From positions 928,001 through 992,000 of the forward strand of contig CAXXMU010000006.1 in the NCBI GenBank assembly GCA_963667785.2: a DNA stretch of 64,000 nt, given 5' to 3'. Of this stretch, positions 48,288 to 58,455 are shown in pieces; position 1 is the first letter of the stretch; every line of letters begins with the position of its first letter. Origin of the DNA: Alphaproteobacteria bacterium (GTDB taxonomy: Bacteria > Pseudomonadota > Alphaproteobacteria > UBA828). The notes under the pieces are model-generated. The model was not told the DNA's origin. It did no database searches and saw only the letters and a program-made list of their open reading frames with translations. Made by a program: the position numbers and the translations under genes.

Positions 48288-51070
48288 ACGAACTCGTCTA
48301 TGCACCCGGAAGCCTCGTCAGCGCTCGCGGACGGGAGTGGGTTGTTCTCAGCGGAAGCTCGGCGGAGACGCTCAGGGTTCGTCCTGTCACCGGATCCGAT
48401 GAAGATCGGACGTTAATCCACCTTCCGCTCGAGATCGAGCCGGTTCGTGAGGCTCGGTTCCCCTTGCCCAGCGCGCACCTGGTCGGCGGGCACGACTCCG
48501 CCTTGCTGCTTCGCGACGCGTTGCTACTCTCCCTAAGACGGGGTGCCGGACCCTTTCGGAGCATCGGCCAGATTTCGGTAGAACCGCGTGGATACCAAAT
48601 CGTGCCGCTTCTCATGGCGCTCAAACTCGACCCGGTACGTTTACTCATCGCGGACGACGTTGGAGTGGGGAAAACGATCGAGGCGTTGCTTATCGCTCGC
48701 GAGTTGCTCGACCGCGGCGACATCGATCGAACCGTCGTGCTCTGTCCGCCGCATCTCGTGGACCAATGGATCACCGAACTGGAGGTTCACTTCCATATCC
48801 GCGCAGTAGCCGTCACCGCCCGAACCGCGCGGCGCTTGGAACAGAGCGTACCGCCAGGACTAAGCATCTTTGCGGTGCATCCACACACCGTCGTCAGCCT
48901 CGACTACGTGAAGGCTCCCGAGAGACGAGACAACTTTCTCCAAGCGTGTCCAGATTTTGTGATTGTCGACGAGGCACACACGTGTGCCTCGTCGAGCCAG
49001 CGCCGGCATCAGCGGCACGAGCTGCTTCAAGGCTTAGCCAGCAGCGCCGCACGACACCTTGTTCTGCTAACGGCAACTCCCCATAGCGGCGACGATGCTG
49101 CCTTCTACCGTCTTCTCGCCTTGCTCGCCCCCGAATTCGAGCGCCTGGCAGAGGTCAGAGGTACGGAGCGCGATCGTCTACGTGAACGCCTCGCTAACCA
49201 TTTCGTCCAGAGACGACGCCCCGACATTGCGGAGTGGCATGAGGGCGACATCTTCCCGCGTCGCGAAACGAAAGAGCTCACCTACAGGTTGAGTGGAGCT
49301 TGGGAGGCCTTTTTCAACTCAGTCCTCGACTATTGCGCCGAAGTTGTCGAAACGGGCACCGGTGACGAGCAGAGGCAGCGCCTCAACTTTTGGGGAACGC
49401 TAGCTCTCTTACGTTGCACCGGGTCGAGCCCCGTTGCTGCCGTGTTGGCCCTGCGCACCCGTGCTGGCGAAGACTTAGGGGTCGAAACGCGCGAAGACCT
49501 TCTTGATCGCATTTTCGATGGCGATGTGGATTCACTCCTAACCGACGATGTGGAACCACCCTTAGGTGGTGAAGTTCCAGCGCTGGGACGACTGATAGAG
49601 CAGGCGGAGAGACTCGCGGGCCAAAGCGGTGATCCAAAACTGATAGCGGCGTCAGAGCATGTCTCCGAGTTGGTCGAGGCGGGATTTAACGTAGTGGTAT
49701 TTTGTCGATTTATCTCCACCGCCCACTACGTGGCCCGACACTTCCGCGAAAACATGACGGAAATTGTCGTCGGTGCTGTGACCGGTGAGATGTCGCCTGA
49801 AGAGCGGGAAGAGCGCGTGGCGTCACTCGGTGCAACACAAGGTACCAAGGTCTTGGTCGCGACAGACTGTCTTTCGGAGGGAATCAATCTACAGGAGCAC
49901 TTCGACGCTGTCGTTCACTATGATCTCTCGTGGAATCCAACGCGTCATGAGCAGCGGGAGGGGCGCGTCGATCGCTTCGGTCAGCCGAGCAACACAGTGC
50001 GCGCCACACTCCTTTATGGCATCGACAACCCGGTTGACGGTGCGGTACTTCAGGTCATCCTGCGTAAGGCGGCCCGCATTCGGGAGGAACTCGGCGTCCC
50101 GGTGCCCGTGCCGGACGAGAGTCACTCGCTCACGCAGGCTCTGCTCAAGGCCGTGCTCTTGCGTCGGCGGGGCCGCTCCGACGCCATCGCTGGCCGACAG
50201 CTTGAGTTGTTCGAGAGCAGCTGGGAGGACGCGAAGGCAAAGGCGAAGAGAAGCCGGACCATGTTCGCCCAGCGACGGATCAAGCCCGACGAGGTGCTGC
50301 CCGAGTGGCACAAGAGCCTCGCCGCAGTCGGTGGCCGAGACGACGTGGAGCGCTTCACGAACCGCGCTCTCGTCCGGCTCGGTTCAGGGCTTGAACCGTT
50401 CGGGCGGGGATTCAAGGTCCCGACGGCGGCACTGCCCGCTGACGTTCGCGAGCGTCTGGAGGCGGAAGACATAGCGGGCACGATTGCCATCGACTTCGCG
50501 TATCCCCCGGCGCGCGGATGCCGTCCTCTCCAGCGCAACCATCCCCTCATCGCGGTCCTCGCCGACGCGCTTCTAGGGAGGACCCTTTCGGTTGACGACA
50601 CCGACGCCTCCACCGGCGATCCCTCGGTCCTGGGGCGCGTTGGCTGCTGGATCTCGGAAGGAGTGCGTGGCCGGACGACGGTCGCGCTATTGCGGCTGCG
50701 GCACCAGCTCTTGTCACGCGCGCGGCACCGGGACACAACACTGATGGTCGAGGAGGCAGCGGCGTTAGCCTGGGTCGTCCCACGAACAAACGGACCGATC
50801 TCAGGGTCCGAAGCACTTTCACTGCTCCGACTTCCTCCTGTAGATGATCCCCCGCCGCATGTGCGGAAACGTGAGATCGCAAGAGCCCTCGACATGATCG
50901 AGGAGCGCACAGCGGATCTGGAGAATTTCGCGACGGCGCGAGCAGGAGCCTTGCTCGATGATCATTTGCGTATGCGCGAAGCTAGCAGAGCGGGCGGTAG
51001 CACGTCCGTCCAGGCCCTTCCGCGTCCCGATGTGATCGGCGTATACGTGCTCCTGCCCAGGCTGAGCTGA
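48284..51070 (+). CDS. SNF2-family helicase (DrmD-like)
   Basis: 'LIADDVGVGKTIE','VDEAH','LTATPH','SEGINLQ','WNPTRHEQREGRVDR'; ATGA overlap. Confidence 0.9.
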   Translation: MNELVYAPGSLVSARGREWVVLSGSSAETLRVRPVTGSDEDRTLIHLPLEIEPVREARFPLPSAHLVGGHDSALLLRDALLLSLRRGAGPFRSIGQISVEPRGYQIVPLLMALKLDPVRLLIADDVGVGKTIEALLIARELLDRGDIDRTVVLCPPHLVDQWITELEVHFHIRAVAVTARTARRLEQSVPPGLSIFAVHPHTVVSLDYVKAPERRDNFLQACPDFVIVDEAHTCASSSQRRHQRHELLQGLASSAARHLVLLTATPHSGDDAAFYRLLALLAPEFERLAEVRGTERDRLRERLANHFVQRRRPDIAEWHEGDIFPRRETKELTYRLSGAWEAFFNSVLDYCAEVVETGTGDEQRQRLNFWGTLALLRCTGSSPVAAVLALRTRAGEDLGVETREDLLDRIFDGDVDSLLTDDVEPPLGGEVPALGRLIEQAERLAGQSGDPKLIAASEHVSELVEAGFNVVVFCRFISTAHYVARHFRENMTEIVVGAVTGEMSPEEREERVASLGATQGTKVLVATDCLSEGINLQEHFDAVVHYDLSWNPTRHEQREGRVDRFGQPSNTVRATLLYGIDNPVDGAVLQVILRKAARIREELGVPVPVPDESHSLTQALLKAVLLRRRGRSDAIAGRQLELFESSWEDAKAKAKRSRTMFAQRRIKPDEVLPEWHKSLAAVGGRDDVERFTNRALVRLGSGLEPFGRGFKVPTAALPADVRERLEAEDIAGTIAIDFAYPPARGCRPLQRNHPLIAVLADALLGRTLSVDDTDASTGDPSVLGRVGCWISEGVRGRTTVALLRLRHQLLSRARHRDTTLMVEEAAALAWVVPRTNGPISGSEALSLLRLPPVDDPPPHVRKREIARALDMIEERTADLENFATARAGALLDDHLRMREASRAGGSTSVQALPRPDVIGVYVLLPRLS

Positions 51071-51072
51071 GC

Positions 51073-54000
51073 ATGGCGCCTCGTCGAGGGAGCCCCGGCG
51101 AGGCTAGGATCGCCTTCGACGCCGTTTCGATCGTTGGCGGTCTGCTCGGGGCTGAATGGTTTGCGAAGGTGGCCCAGCTCCAAGCCGCCGCCCAAGAGCC
51201 AGCCGACTACGGCGTTCCAATGGGGCTTCACATCCGCGACGAGATTGCTCGGAGCTGGCGCATTGCCCAGGCGCGCTTTCGTGAGTTGGAGGCAGGTCGC
51301 GCCTCGGGGGGTGACGCCACCGCGCTTGCCGAGAGATTCGTTGAGGCGTTTCTCAGAGACGCACTATGTTTCACATCCTTAGTGCGGGCTGAGCCGAAGA
51401 TGATCGGCGATCAGGTTTATCCGGTCCGATTCTTCGCTCTCGAAGATCGAGTCCCCGTTGTAGTTGCCCCAGCGGGAGTGGGTCTTGACACCCCTCTGCC
51501 CGAGCTCGGGGATGAGTGGCGCCGGCGGAGCGCTTTTGGCCTCCTGCAGGAGACTCTGAACGCCTCTGGTGCCGCGCTTTGGGGTCTCGCGGTCGACGGA
51601 TTGTCCATACGGGTCGCGCGAGACAACGCGAGCCTCACGCGGCCGGCGTGGATCAATGCGGACCTCGACCAGATCTTTAGGGAGGACCTGTATCCCGACT
51701 TCGCCGCGCTTTGGCTGCTCGCCCATGAGTCACGATTCGGCCGGGCTGAGGATCCGCCGGAGATGTGCCCATTGGAGGTGTGGCGCGAAACCGGCCGGCA
51801 AGAGGGGACTCGAGCGCGAGACAAGCTGAGCGATGGCTTCCGGCAGACACTTGAAATTCTGGGACAGGGGTTCCTGTCCCACACCGCGAACACCAAGCTT
51901 CGTTCCGCGCTGCACGCGGGAGAGCTCACGAAGGAGCATTATTTCGGGCAACTTCTGCGGCTAGTCTACCGACTTGTCTTTCTGCTTACGGTCGAAGAGC
52001 GGAATTTGTTGCACCCGAGCGATGCATCCGCTTCCGCCCGTGATCTCTATACCAACGGATACGGTATACGTCGCCTTCGGGATCGGGCGATCCACGGAAG
52101 TGCCCACGACCGGCAAGGCGATCTCTGGCAGGCGGTCAAAATCGTCTTTCAGAGCGTCGCGGTTGGGGAGCCAAGACTTGGGCTGCCCGCCCTCGCTGGC
52201 CTGTTCGCGGTGGAAGAGTGCCCGGACCTCGATGCAGCGCAACTTGAAAACCGGGCGCTCCTCGGCGCTCTTTTCCATCTGGCGTGGCTGCGCGAGTCCT
52301 CGGGGCTCGCTCGCGTGAACTGGCGCGATATGGGTCCGGATGAGCTCGGCTACGTCTATGAGGGCCTGCTGGAGCTGGTTCCGCAAATCGGCGAGGACGG
52401 ACGTTCCTTCTTCTTCGCCAGCACAGAAGAAAGCAAGGGGCATGCACGGAAAGTAACCGGAAGCTACTACACCCCGGACGAACTCGTTCAGCGTCTCCTC
52501 GCGAGCGCCCTCGATCCCGTGGTAGAACAAACGGTCCAGGCACATCCCGACCGACCCGTTGACGCCCTTCTCGAGCTATCGATTGTTGATCCCGCCTGTG
52601 GGTCAGGACACTTCCTGCTCGCTGCGGCGCGTCGGCTAGCCGATCGCATCGCGCGCATCCGGGTGGGGGGTACGCCTACGCCCAACGACTACCAGCACGC
52701 TCTGCGCGACGTCGTTCGCCGTTGCGTTTACGGTGTCGATCAAAACCCGTTAGCCGTTGAGCTTTGCAAGGTGAGCCTTTGGATGGAATCGATTGATCCG
52801 GGCCTGCCGCTCACGTTTCTGGAGAGCCACATCCGGTGTGGCAATTCGCTGATTGGGACGAACCGCGCGCTAATGGACGAACATGTGCCTGACTCCGCAT
52901 GGGTCGTCCTAGAGGGGGACGACAAGGAGGTTACCAGATCACTTAAGCGGCTCAACAGGAAGGAGGCAGCCGGTGAACGGCGCCTTCCATTCGAAGCCCG
53001 AAACGAGATAGCCGCTCTGCGCGCCGACGTGCTGGCGATTGAACAAGCCCCTGACGTGGATGTCGCTGACTTGGCTGAGAAAACTCGAGAGTGGAAGGCG
53101 CTCTTGGCTTCGCAGGCCTACGAACACCAAAAACTCGTGGCGGACGCGTGGTGTGCTGCTTTCCTCTGGCCCAAGAATGAACCAGGCCCAGTCGTCGAAG
53201 CCGCGCCAACCACCGCCACGTGGCTCGCGCTTCGCAACAAGGATGCACCCCCTTCTTCTATACTTGTTGAGACAACGCAGCACATCGCCGAGGAGTACGG
53301 CCTTTTCCACTGGGAGCTGGCATTTCCGCACATCTTTGCGCGTGGAGGTTTCGACGTCGTGCTCGGCAACCCACCTTGGGAACGAGTTAAACTCCAGGAG
53401 CGAGAGTTCTTCGATAAGCGCGAGCCCGTCATAGCAAATGCGCGAAACGCTGCCGAGCGAAAGAAGCTCATCGCCGCGCTTCCGACCATGAATCCGGTTC
53501 TCTGGAAGGAGTGGAGCCGCGCAACACGCGTCGCACAAGGACAAAGCCATTTCATGCGACAATCCGGCCGCTACCCGCTCTGCGGAAAGGGCGACGTCAA
53601 CACTTACGCACTGTTTGCTGAGCACAATTGGAAGGTGCTGGCGCCTCGCGGTTGCGCAGGCTTCATCGTACCCGGCGGGATTGTCACCGACGATACGACG
53701 AAGGAGTATTTTCAGGCACTTCTTGACGGCAGTGCCCTTGCTAGCGTCCATCACTTCGAAAACGAGAGCCTCGTTTTCAAGGGCTTACATCACGCATATC
53801 GGTTCGTACTACTGACAGTTAGGGAATCCGATCAAGCCGACCTCGTTTTCTATGCAAGGCGCGCAGTCGATCTCGATGACAGCCGGCGGCACTTCTCGCT
53901 GACTCCTGCTGACTTTGCGACGCTGAACCCGAACACGCGCACCTGTCCCACGTTCAGATCACGCCGGGATGCAGAAATCAACTTGGCAATATACCGCCGA

Positions 54001-55017
54001 GCGGGCGTAATGTGGCGGGAGGGAGATCCGGACGGGAACCCATGGGGTGTGAGATTTCTGAGCCTATTTCATATGGCCAATGATTCCGGTTTGTTTCGTA
54101 CTACCGGCGAGTTGGTCTCGGGTGGTTGGAATCTGAACGCAGGCCGTTTCGAGAAAGACGAAAAGATTATGTTGCCCCTGTACGAGGGGAAGATGGTGCA
54201 CCTATACGATCATCGTTTCGGTACGTATGAAGGGCAGAGCAAGGCTCAGGCGAACCAAGGCAAGCTTCCCGAACTCGATCACGTTGCCCATGCCGATCCA
54301 AAGCGGGTAACGCTGCCGAGGTATTGGGTTGCGGACGACGAAGTGGCGGCGAGACTGGACAATACATGGGATAGGGATTGGCTGCTTGGTTGGAGGGACG
54401 TTACCGGTGCAGGGGTGTTAAGAACTGTCATCGCTTGTATCATCCCCAGAGCCGCTGTGAACCACAAGTTTCCGTTATTGATCCCGTCTTCTGATCCGCA
54501 ACTTGTTGCGAATCTTAGCGCAAACCTGTCCAGCATGCCATTTGACTACTGTGCCCGGCAGAAGGTCGGTGGATTAAGCCTGACCTACTTCACAATGCGA
54601 CAACTTCCAACAATCCATCCGCTGACTTACGGGAGGCCTGCGCCCTGGGAAACCTCGATCAGCATTCGGGACTGGTTCCTTCCCAGAATCCTCGAACTCA
54701 CCTTTACCACGTGGAATCTGAAGGCGTTCGCCGAAGATTGTGGCGATGACAGCCCGCCCTTCATCTGGGACCCTGAGCGCCGCAACCAAATCCGGTGCGA
54801 GATTGATGCAGCATTCTTCCATCTGTACGGAATTTCGCGGGATGATACTGCCTACATTCTCGACACCTTTTCAGTTCTTAAGCAGTCGGAGGAAAGGGTG
54901 CACGAAGAGTACCGAACGAAGCGCGTGGTGCTTGAGATTTATGACGCAATTGCGGCCGCTGCAAAGGAGGGTATGTCCTACGACTCTCCGCTCGGGCCGG
55001 CGAGGAGGATGACGTGA
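51073..55017 (+). CDS. Large N6-adenine DNA methyltransferase (DrmMI/Eco57I-like)
   Basis: 'GSYYTP','DPACGSGHFL','YGVD.NP.AVEL','FHWELAFP','VLGNPPW'. Confidence 0.92.
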   Translation: MAPRRGSPGEARIAFDAVSIVGGLLGAEWFAKVAQLQAAAQEPADYGVPMGLHIRDEIARSWRIAQARFRELEAGRASGGDATALAERFVEAFLRDALCFTSLVRAEPKMIGDQVYPVRFFALEDRVPVVVAPAGVGLDTPLPELGDEWRRRSAFGLLQETLNASGAALWGLAVDGLSIRVARDNASLTRPAWINADLDQIFREDLYPDFAALWLLAHESRFGRAEDPPEMCPLEVWRETGRQEGTRARDKLSDGFRQTLEILGQGFLSHTANTKLRSALHAGELTKEHYFGQLLRLVYRLVFLLTVEERNLLHPSDASASARDLYTNGYGIRRLRDRAIHGSAHDRQGDLWQAVKIVFQSVAVGEPRLGLPALAGLFAVEECPDLDAAQLENRALLGALFHLAWLRESSGLARVNWRDMGPDELGYVYEGLLELVPQIGEDGRSFFFASTEESKGHARKVTGSYYTPDELVQRLLASALDPVVEQTVQAHPDRPVDALLELSIVDPACGSGHFLLAAARRLADRIARIRVGGTPTPNDYQHALRDVVRRCVYGVDQNPLAVELCKVSLWMESIDPGLPLTFLESHIRCGNSLIGTNRALMDEHVPDSAWVVLEGDDKEVTRSLKRLNRKEAAGERRLPFEARNEIAALRADVLAIEQAPDVDVADLAEKTREWKALLASQAYEHQKLVADAWCAAFLWPKNEPGPVVEAAPTTATWLALRNKDAPPSSILVETTQHIAEEYGLFHWELAFPHIFARGGFDVVLGNPPWERVKLQEREFFDKREPVIANARNAAERKKLIAALPTMNPVLWKEWSRATRVAQGQSHFMRQSGRYPLCGKGDVNTYALFAEHNWKVLAPRGCAGFIVPGGIVTDDTTKEYFQALLDGSALASVHHFENESLVFKGLHHAYRFVLLTVRESDQADLVFYARRAVDLDDSRRHFSLTPADFATLNPNTRTCPTFRSRRDAEINLAIYRRAGVMWREGDPDGNPWGVRFLSLFHMANDSGLFRTTGELVSGGWNLNAGRFEKDEKIMLPLYEGKMVHLYDHRFGTYEGQSKAQANQGKLPELDHVAHADPKRVTLPRYWVADDEVAARLDNTWDRDWLLGWRDVTGAGVLRTVIACIIPRAAVNHKFPLLIPSSDPQLVANLSANLSSMPFDYCARQKVGGLSLTYFTMRQLPTIHPLTYGRPAPWETSISIRDWFLPRILELTFTTWNLKAFAEDCGDDSPPFIWDPERRNQIRCEIDAAFFHLYGISRDDTAYILDTFSVLKQSEERVHEEYRTKRVVLEIYDAIAAAAKEGMSYDSPLGPARRMT

Positions 55018-56258
55018 GGCGATTCCAGCTTCGTGAGATCCGCGTCGACAACTACCGATGCTTCAAAGAGTTGAAGCTTTCACTAGAGGACGATACCACC
55101 GTACTCTTCGCGGAGAACGGCGGCGGAAAAACCGCATTGTTGACGGCTGTCGCAATGGGTCTCGCCGCATTCCAGAGGGGTTCGCCGAAGAAGCTAAAGC
55201 TCGAAGCAGGGCGCGATCCCAGAATGCTCACTCTCGACGAAAAGGGGCGACGCGAAGCAGTAGGTGAGTGCAAGGTCGCGTGGACTGCCGACGTGGGAGA
55301 AACAGAATCCGTGTCTTGGTCAACGACGACTCGGCCCGCGTCCGGACGCACTACGAACCAACACCAAGCAATCCTCGAGGCTCTGGAACGATTACGGGTT
55401 CCGAGAGATCGGTGGCCATTATTCGCTTGGTACGGCGTCGATCGACTCGGACGTCGCCGCAACGGACGGCGCAGGGTTGACCGTACCAAGGACCGGTGGG
55501 AGGCCTACGCCTCCGCGCTCGATCCGAACCTCGATGAGGCCCCATTGCTCCAATGGCTCCAGGACGAGATTCTCGGAGACGTGGTCCGGAGGCGGCAGGA
55601 CGAACCGGAGCGGTTCTTCCATGCGTCTGTGATGAACGCAACGGTCCTAGCGACGCCCGGCGTAACGAACGCTTGGTACGACCCGGTTGAACAGGGTCCG
55701 ATGGTGCGCTTCGAGAACGGACAGGTGGCGCCGTGGTCCGAACTGTCAGACGGATACCATGTGTTCATTGCCCTGGTTGCCGACATCGCCCGCCGCGCGG
55801 TCATGCTCAATGAGATCGACGGGGCTGAAGCGCCTGCAAGAGTGGAGGGCGTCGTACTCATTGACGAACTCGATCTCCACCTACACCCGCGATGGCAGCG
55901 CATTGCGCTTCCGCACCTTCGCAAAGCATTCCCGAGACTGCAGTTTGTCATCACCACACACTCGCCGCAGATATTGAGCAGCGCCGAGAATCGCCAAGTT
56001 CGCCGGCTCTTGGACGGAAAGCTTCAGGAAGACCACGTGCTCGTGGAGGGTAGGGATACTAACGCAATCCTTCGAGAGTACATGCTCACCGAAGACCGTG
56101 ACGAAGAAGGAACCCGGGCTCTGCGGGAACTCCACAATTGCATCGACCAAGGTCGTCGCAGAGAGGCCGAAGAGCTGTACCAGGTACTACTTGAGCGCTG
56201 GGGCGACCTCGATCCCACGTTAATTCGAACGAAGGCACTCATGGACCCGGAGGAGTAA
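55014..56258 (+). CDS. ABC/AAA ATPase, PtuA-like
   Basis: 'NYRCF','AENGGGKT','LSDG','VLIDELDLHLHPRWQR','ITTHSPQ'. Confidence 0.88.
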   Translation: MRRFQLREIRVDNYRCFKELKLSLEDDTTVLFAENGGGKTALLTAVAMGLAAFQRGSPKKLKLEAGRDPRMLTLDEKGRREAVGECKVAWTADVGETESVSWSTTTRPASGRTTNQHQAILEALERLRVPRDRWPLFAWYGVDRLGRRRNGRRRVDRTKDRWEAYASALDPNLDEAPLLQWLQDEILGDVVRRRQDEPERFFHASVMNATVLATPGVTNAWYDPVEQGPMVRFENGQVAPWSELSDGYHVFIALVADIARRAVMLNEIDGAEAPARVEGVVLIDELDLHLHPRWQRIALPHLRKAFPRLQFVITTHSPQILSSAENRQVRRLLDGKLQEDHVLVEGRDTNAILREYMLTEDRDEEGTRALRELHNCIDQGRRREAEELYQVLLERWGDLDPTLIRTKALMDPEE

Positions 56259-56259
56259 A

Positions 56260-57003
56260 GTGCGTGGCATACGGAAGCCTCGGCGTCCGAGCGATGCCTA
56301 TCCGAATGGTCAAGCGCAAGTAAGCCTCCGTCAAGCAGAGAACGCCTATCTAGCAGCACTTCCGACGGCACCCGATCCTGTGTCCTTTGCGCGCTCAGAA
56401 TTCGATCAGCTGGATAAGCCAAAGCTTCGGGCAGTGATGTATCGGGAACAGCGATCTCTTTGCATATTTTGCGAACGGCGAGTCTCGGAGGGCCATCCAA
56501 CGCCTCGGATCGATCACTGGTACCCGCTGAGCTGCAATCCCAATCTTGCGCTCCAATGGACCAACTTACATCTATCCTGCTCCTCGCTTGAGACCTGCGA
56601 CTCTGCCAAGGACAACCACCCTTTCGCAGCCATGCCTTTGCCCGTGAATTTTCGTTACGAAGACTTCGTTGGCTTCACGAGCGGCGGAGAAATTTACGTT
56701 CGCTCGGATGTCCCATTGCCGAATGCTACTCGCCAAGCGTTGAAGCTCGCAATTGAAGATTTTCCTGCTGGCCCTCAACTTCAGCGGAGCATCATCAACC
56801 TGAACCATCCGGCCTTGGTCGCGGCGCGGGCAGCACAGGTTGATGCCGAGCGCACACGCCTTCAGAAGGCTTTCAGGAATACAACTGCAACAAGGGTGCA
56901 GCGCAATCAGCGGGCCACTCAGCTACTCGGCCAGCATCCGCGTCCCGCGTTCGTGAGCATCCGTGTCGCTTGGCTTCGAAAGACACTGGGACGAGGTCGG
57001 TGA
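56260..57003 (+). CDS. HNH endonuclease, PtuB-like
   Basis: 'EQRSLCIFCE','IDHWYP','WTNLHLSC','CDSAK'; directly follows the ATPase. Confidence 0.85.
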   Translation: MRGIRKPRRPSDAYPNGQAQVSLRQAENAYLAALPTAPDPVSFARSEFDQLDKPKLRAVMYREQRSLCIFCERRVSEGHPTPRIDHWYPLSCNPNLALQWTNLHLSCSSLETCDSAKDNHPFAAMPLPVNFRYEDFVGFTSGGEIYVRSDVPLPNATRQALKLAIEDFPAGPQLQRSIINLNHPALVAARAAQVDAERTRLQKAFRNTTATRVQRNQRATQLLGQHPRPAFVSIRVAWLRKTLGRGR

Positions 57004-57767
57004 TGCTCGCGGCGGTTACGATCACCCGTCTGGAGAAGGCTGCAACCGACAATGGTTTCGACCTCAATCTTGAACATACGGACGACTGGCTCTCTTTCGG
57101 TAGTAGTCAGACCTCGATGCGGATTTGGCTAACAGCCTTGGGAGATTCGGGAGTTGTTGGAGCCACGTCACGGGCGGACGTGCTCGACAGTCTATCGGGC
57201 TTTGGCGTGATGTTCACCAAGTTACTCCCGACCGGCGCAGCCGGCGCGCGGCGCGCCAATGACGTTGCCACGCTCCATCAATTCCTGCGTCGTGCGTTCC
57301 AGCTTTCGCGTACACTGCCGGACGCTCTGTTGCAGGAGTTTGAGGGTGAAATTTCGAACCTGTGCCGCACGACGGAAGCCGAGCGCTTGGTTATCCGGCG
57401 AGTCGGCCAAGACATCTTCCGCCGCGGCTTGTTCGAATTCTGGGACGGTCGGTGTGCGATCAGCAGCCTCGCCGTTCCCGAACTCCTCCGCGCGAGCCAC
57501 ATCAAGCCTTGGGCCGACTGCGATACGGACGCGGAGCGTCTCGATGTCTTCAACGGTTTGTTGCTGGCACCCCATTTCGATGCGGCATTTGATTCCGGTT
57601 TCATGACAATCGCAGAGGACGGAACGGTGTTGCTCTCCGATACTCTCCATTCTGGCACCCGGTCGGTTCTGGGTCTTGATGGATCGCTGAAGCTCCGCGG
57701 ACTGCACCGCGCTCACGAGCGTTACCTGCCATGGCATCGATCCAAGATATTCCAAAAAAATGACTAG
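57000..57767 (+). CDS. HNH endonuclease
   Basis: 'RVGQDIFR','CAIS','LRASHIKPW','NGLLL..HFDAAFDSG'. Confidence 0.9.
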   Translation: MMLAAVTITRLEKAATDNGFDLNLEHTDDWLSFGSSQTSMRIWLTALGDSGVVGATSRADVLDSLSGFGVMFTKLLPTGAAGARRANDVATLHQFLRRAFQLSRTLPDALLQEFEGEISNLCRTTEAERLVIRRVGQDIFRRGLFEFWDGRCAISSLAVPELLRASHIKPWADCDTDAERLDVFNGLLLAPHFDAAFDSGFMTIAEDGTVLLSDTLHSGTRSVLGLDGSLKLRGLHRAHERYLPWHRSKIFQKND

Positions 57768-57863
57768 AGTACGATTCCTTCTGAAAAACCAGAGGCTTAC
57801 GCCGGATCAAACAGGGATCTCGATCAAATGTCGGTCTCGGTGGTTGCGAGCCCCCGCAACCAA

Positions 57864-57902
57864 AGAAGCCCCTGAAAACATTGATGTTTTCGGGGGCTCT
57901 TC
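57864..57902 (+). terminator. Hairpin downstream of the displaced tRNA 3' end
   Basis: agcccctgaaaacat-tg-atgttttcgggggct followed by ctt. Confidence 0.65.
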
Positions 57903-58455
57903 GATTCCAGATATTGGCTGCATTTCGCGCGATCAACACATAGTCAACACCGATGCGCGGGCGCAGACTCGTGGCCGGCCCGTGTTGAGCGTTCGAGGGC
58001 GCGAGGCCGGCGCCGTTGCTTCGCATGGCTGGGCCGCCACCGATCGCCGGGACGCGATCCAGTGCAAAGGCTGTCATTCGCCGGGGTATCGGCGGGCGCC
58101 TTCGATTCCCGCGAGGCTGCCGGCGGTTTGGGCCGGGGTGGACGAGCACCCTCACAGTGCAGTGGGGGCAGGGTGTGAGGTGCATGCGCCGGGCCTCGTC
58201 GGTTTGCGGGGTCCGCGGTCCGCCGGGGTTTGGCGCGCGGGGCGACGCGGTTCGGTATAGAGGTAACGGGTCGGCAGGCGCGAGACCACCGGCAGGACTC
58301 AGCGCGGCGCGCGAGACGGGCAACGAGTCGAACGCCGGAGGCAACGGGCGGTCTGCGACCTAGTGGGCGGTCCGAGCCATCGTCCACGCGGCTCGATTTG
58401 CTGTACGCAGTGGCATGTATTTGGATAGTCGCCAGCCTGACGAAACGGAGAAGCC

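Larger units (their letters stand above)
25566..57862. mobile_element. ~32.3-kb integrative mobilisable element (serine recombinase, MOBF relaxase) carrying defence cargo
   Basis: Direct repeat GCCCCCGCAACCA at 25566-25578 and 57850-57862; 21-bp inverted arms at 25571-25591 and 57828-57848; recombinase at the left end; relaxase and candidate oriT inside. Confidence 0.88.

Noticed and set aside
55014-57003. Retron system
   Set aside because: No reverse transcriptase or msr-msd seen nearby
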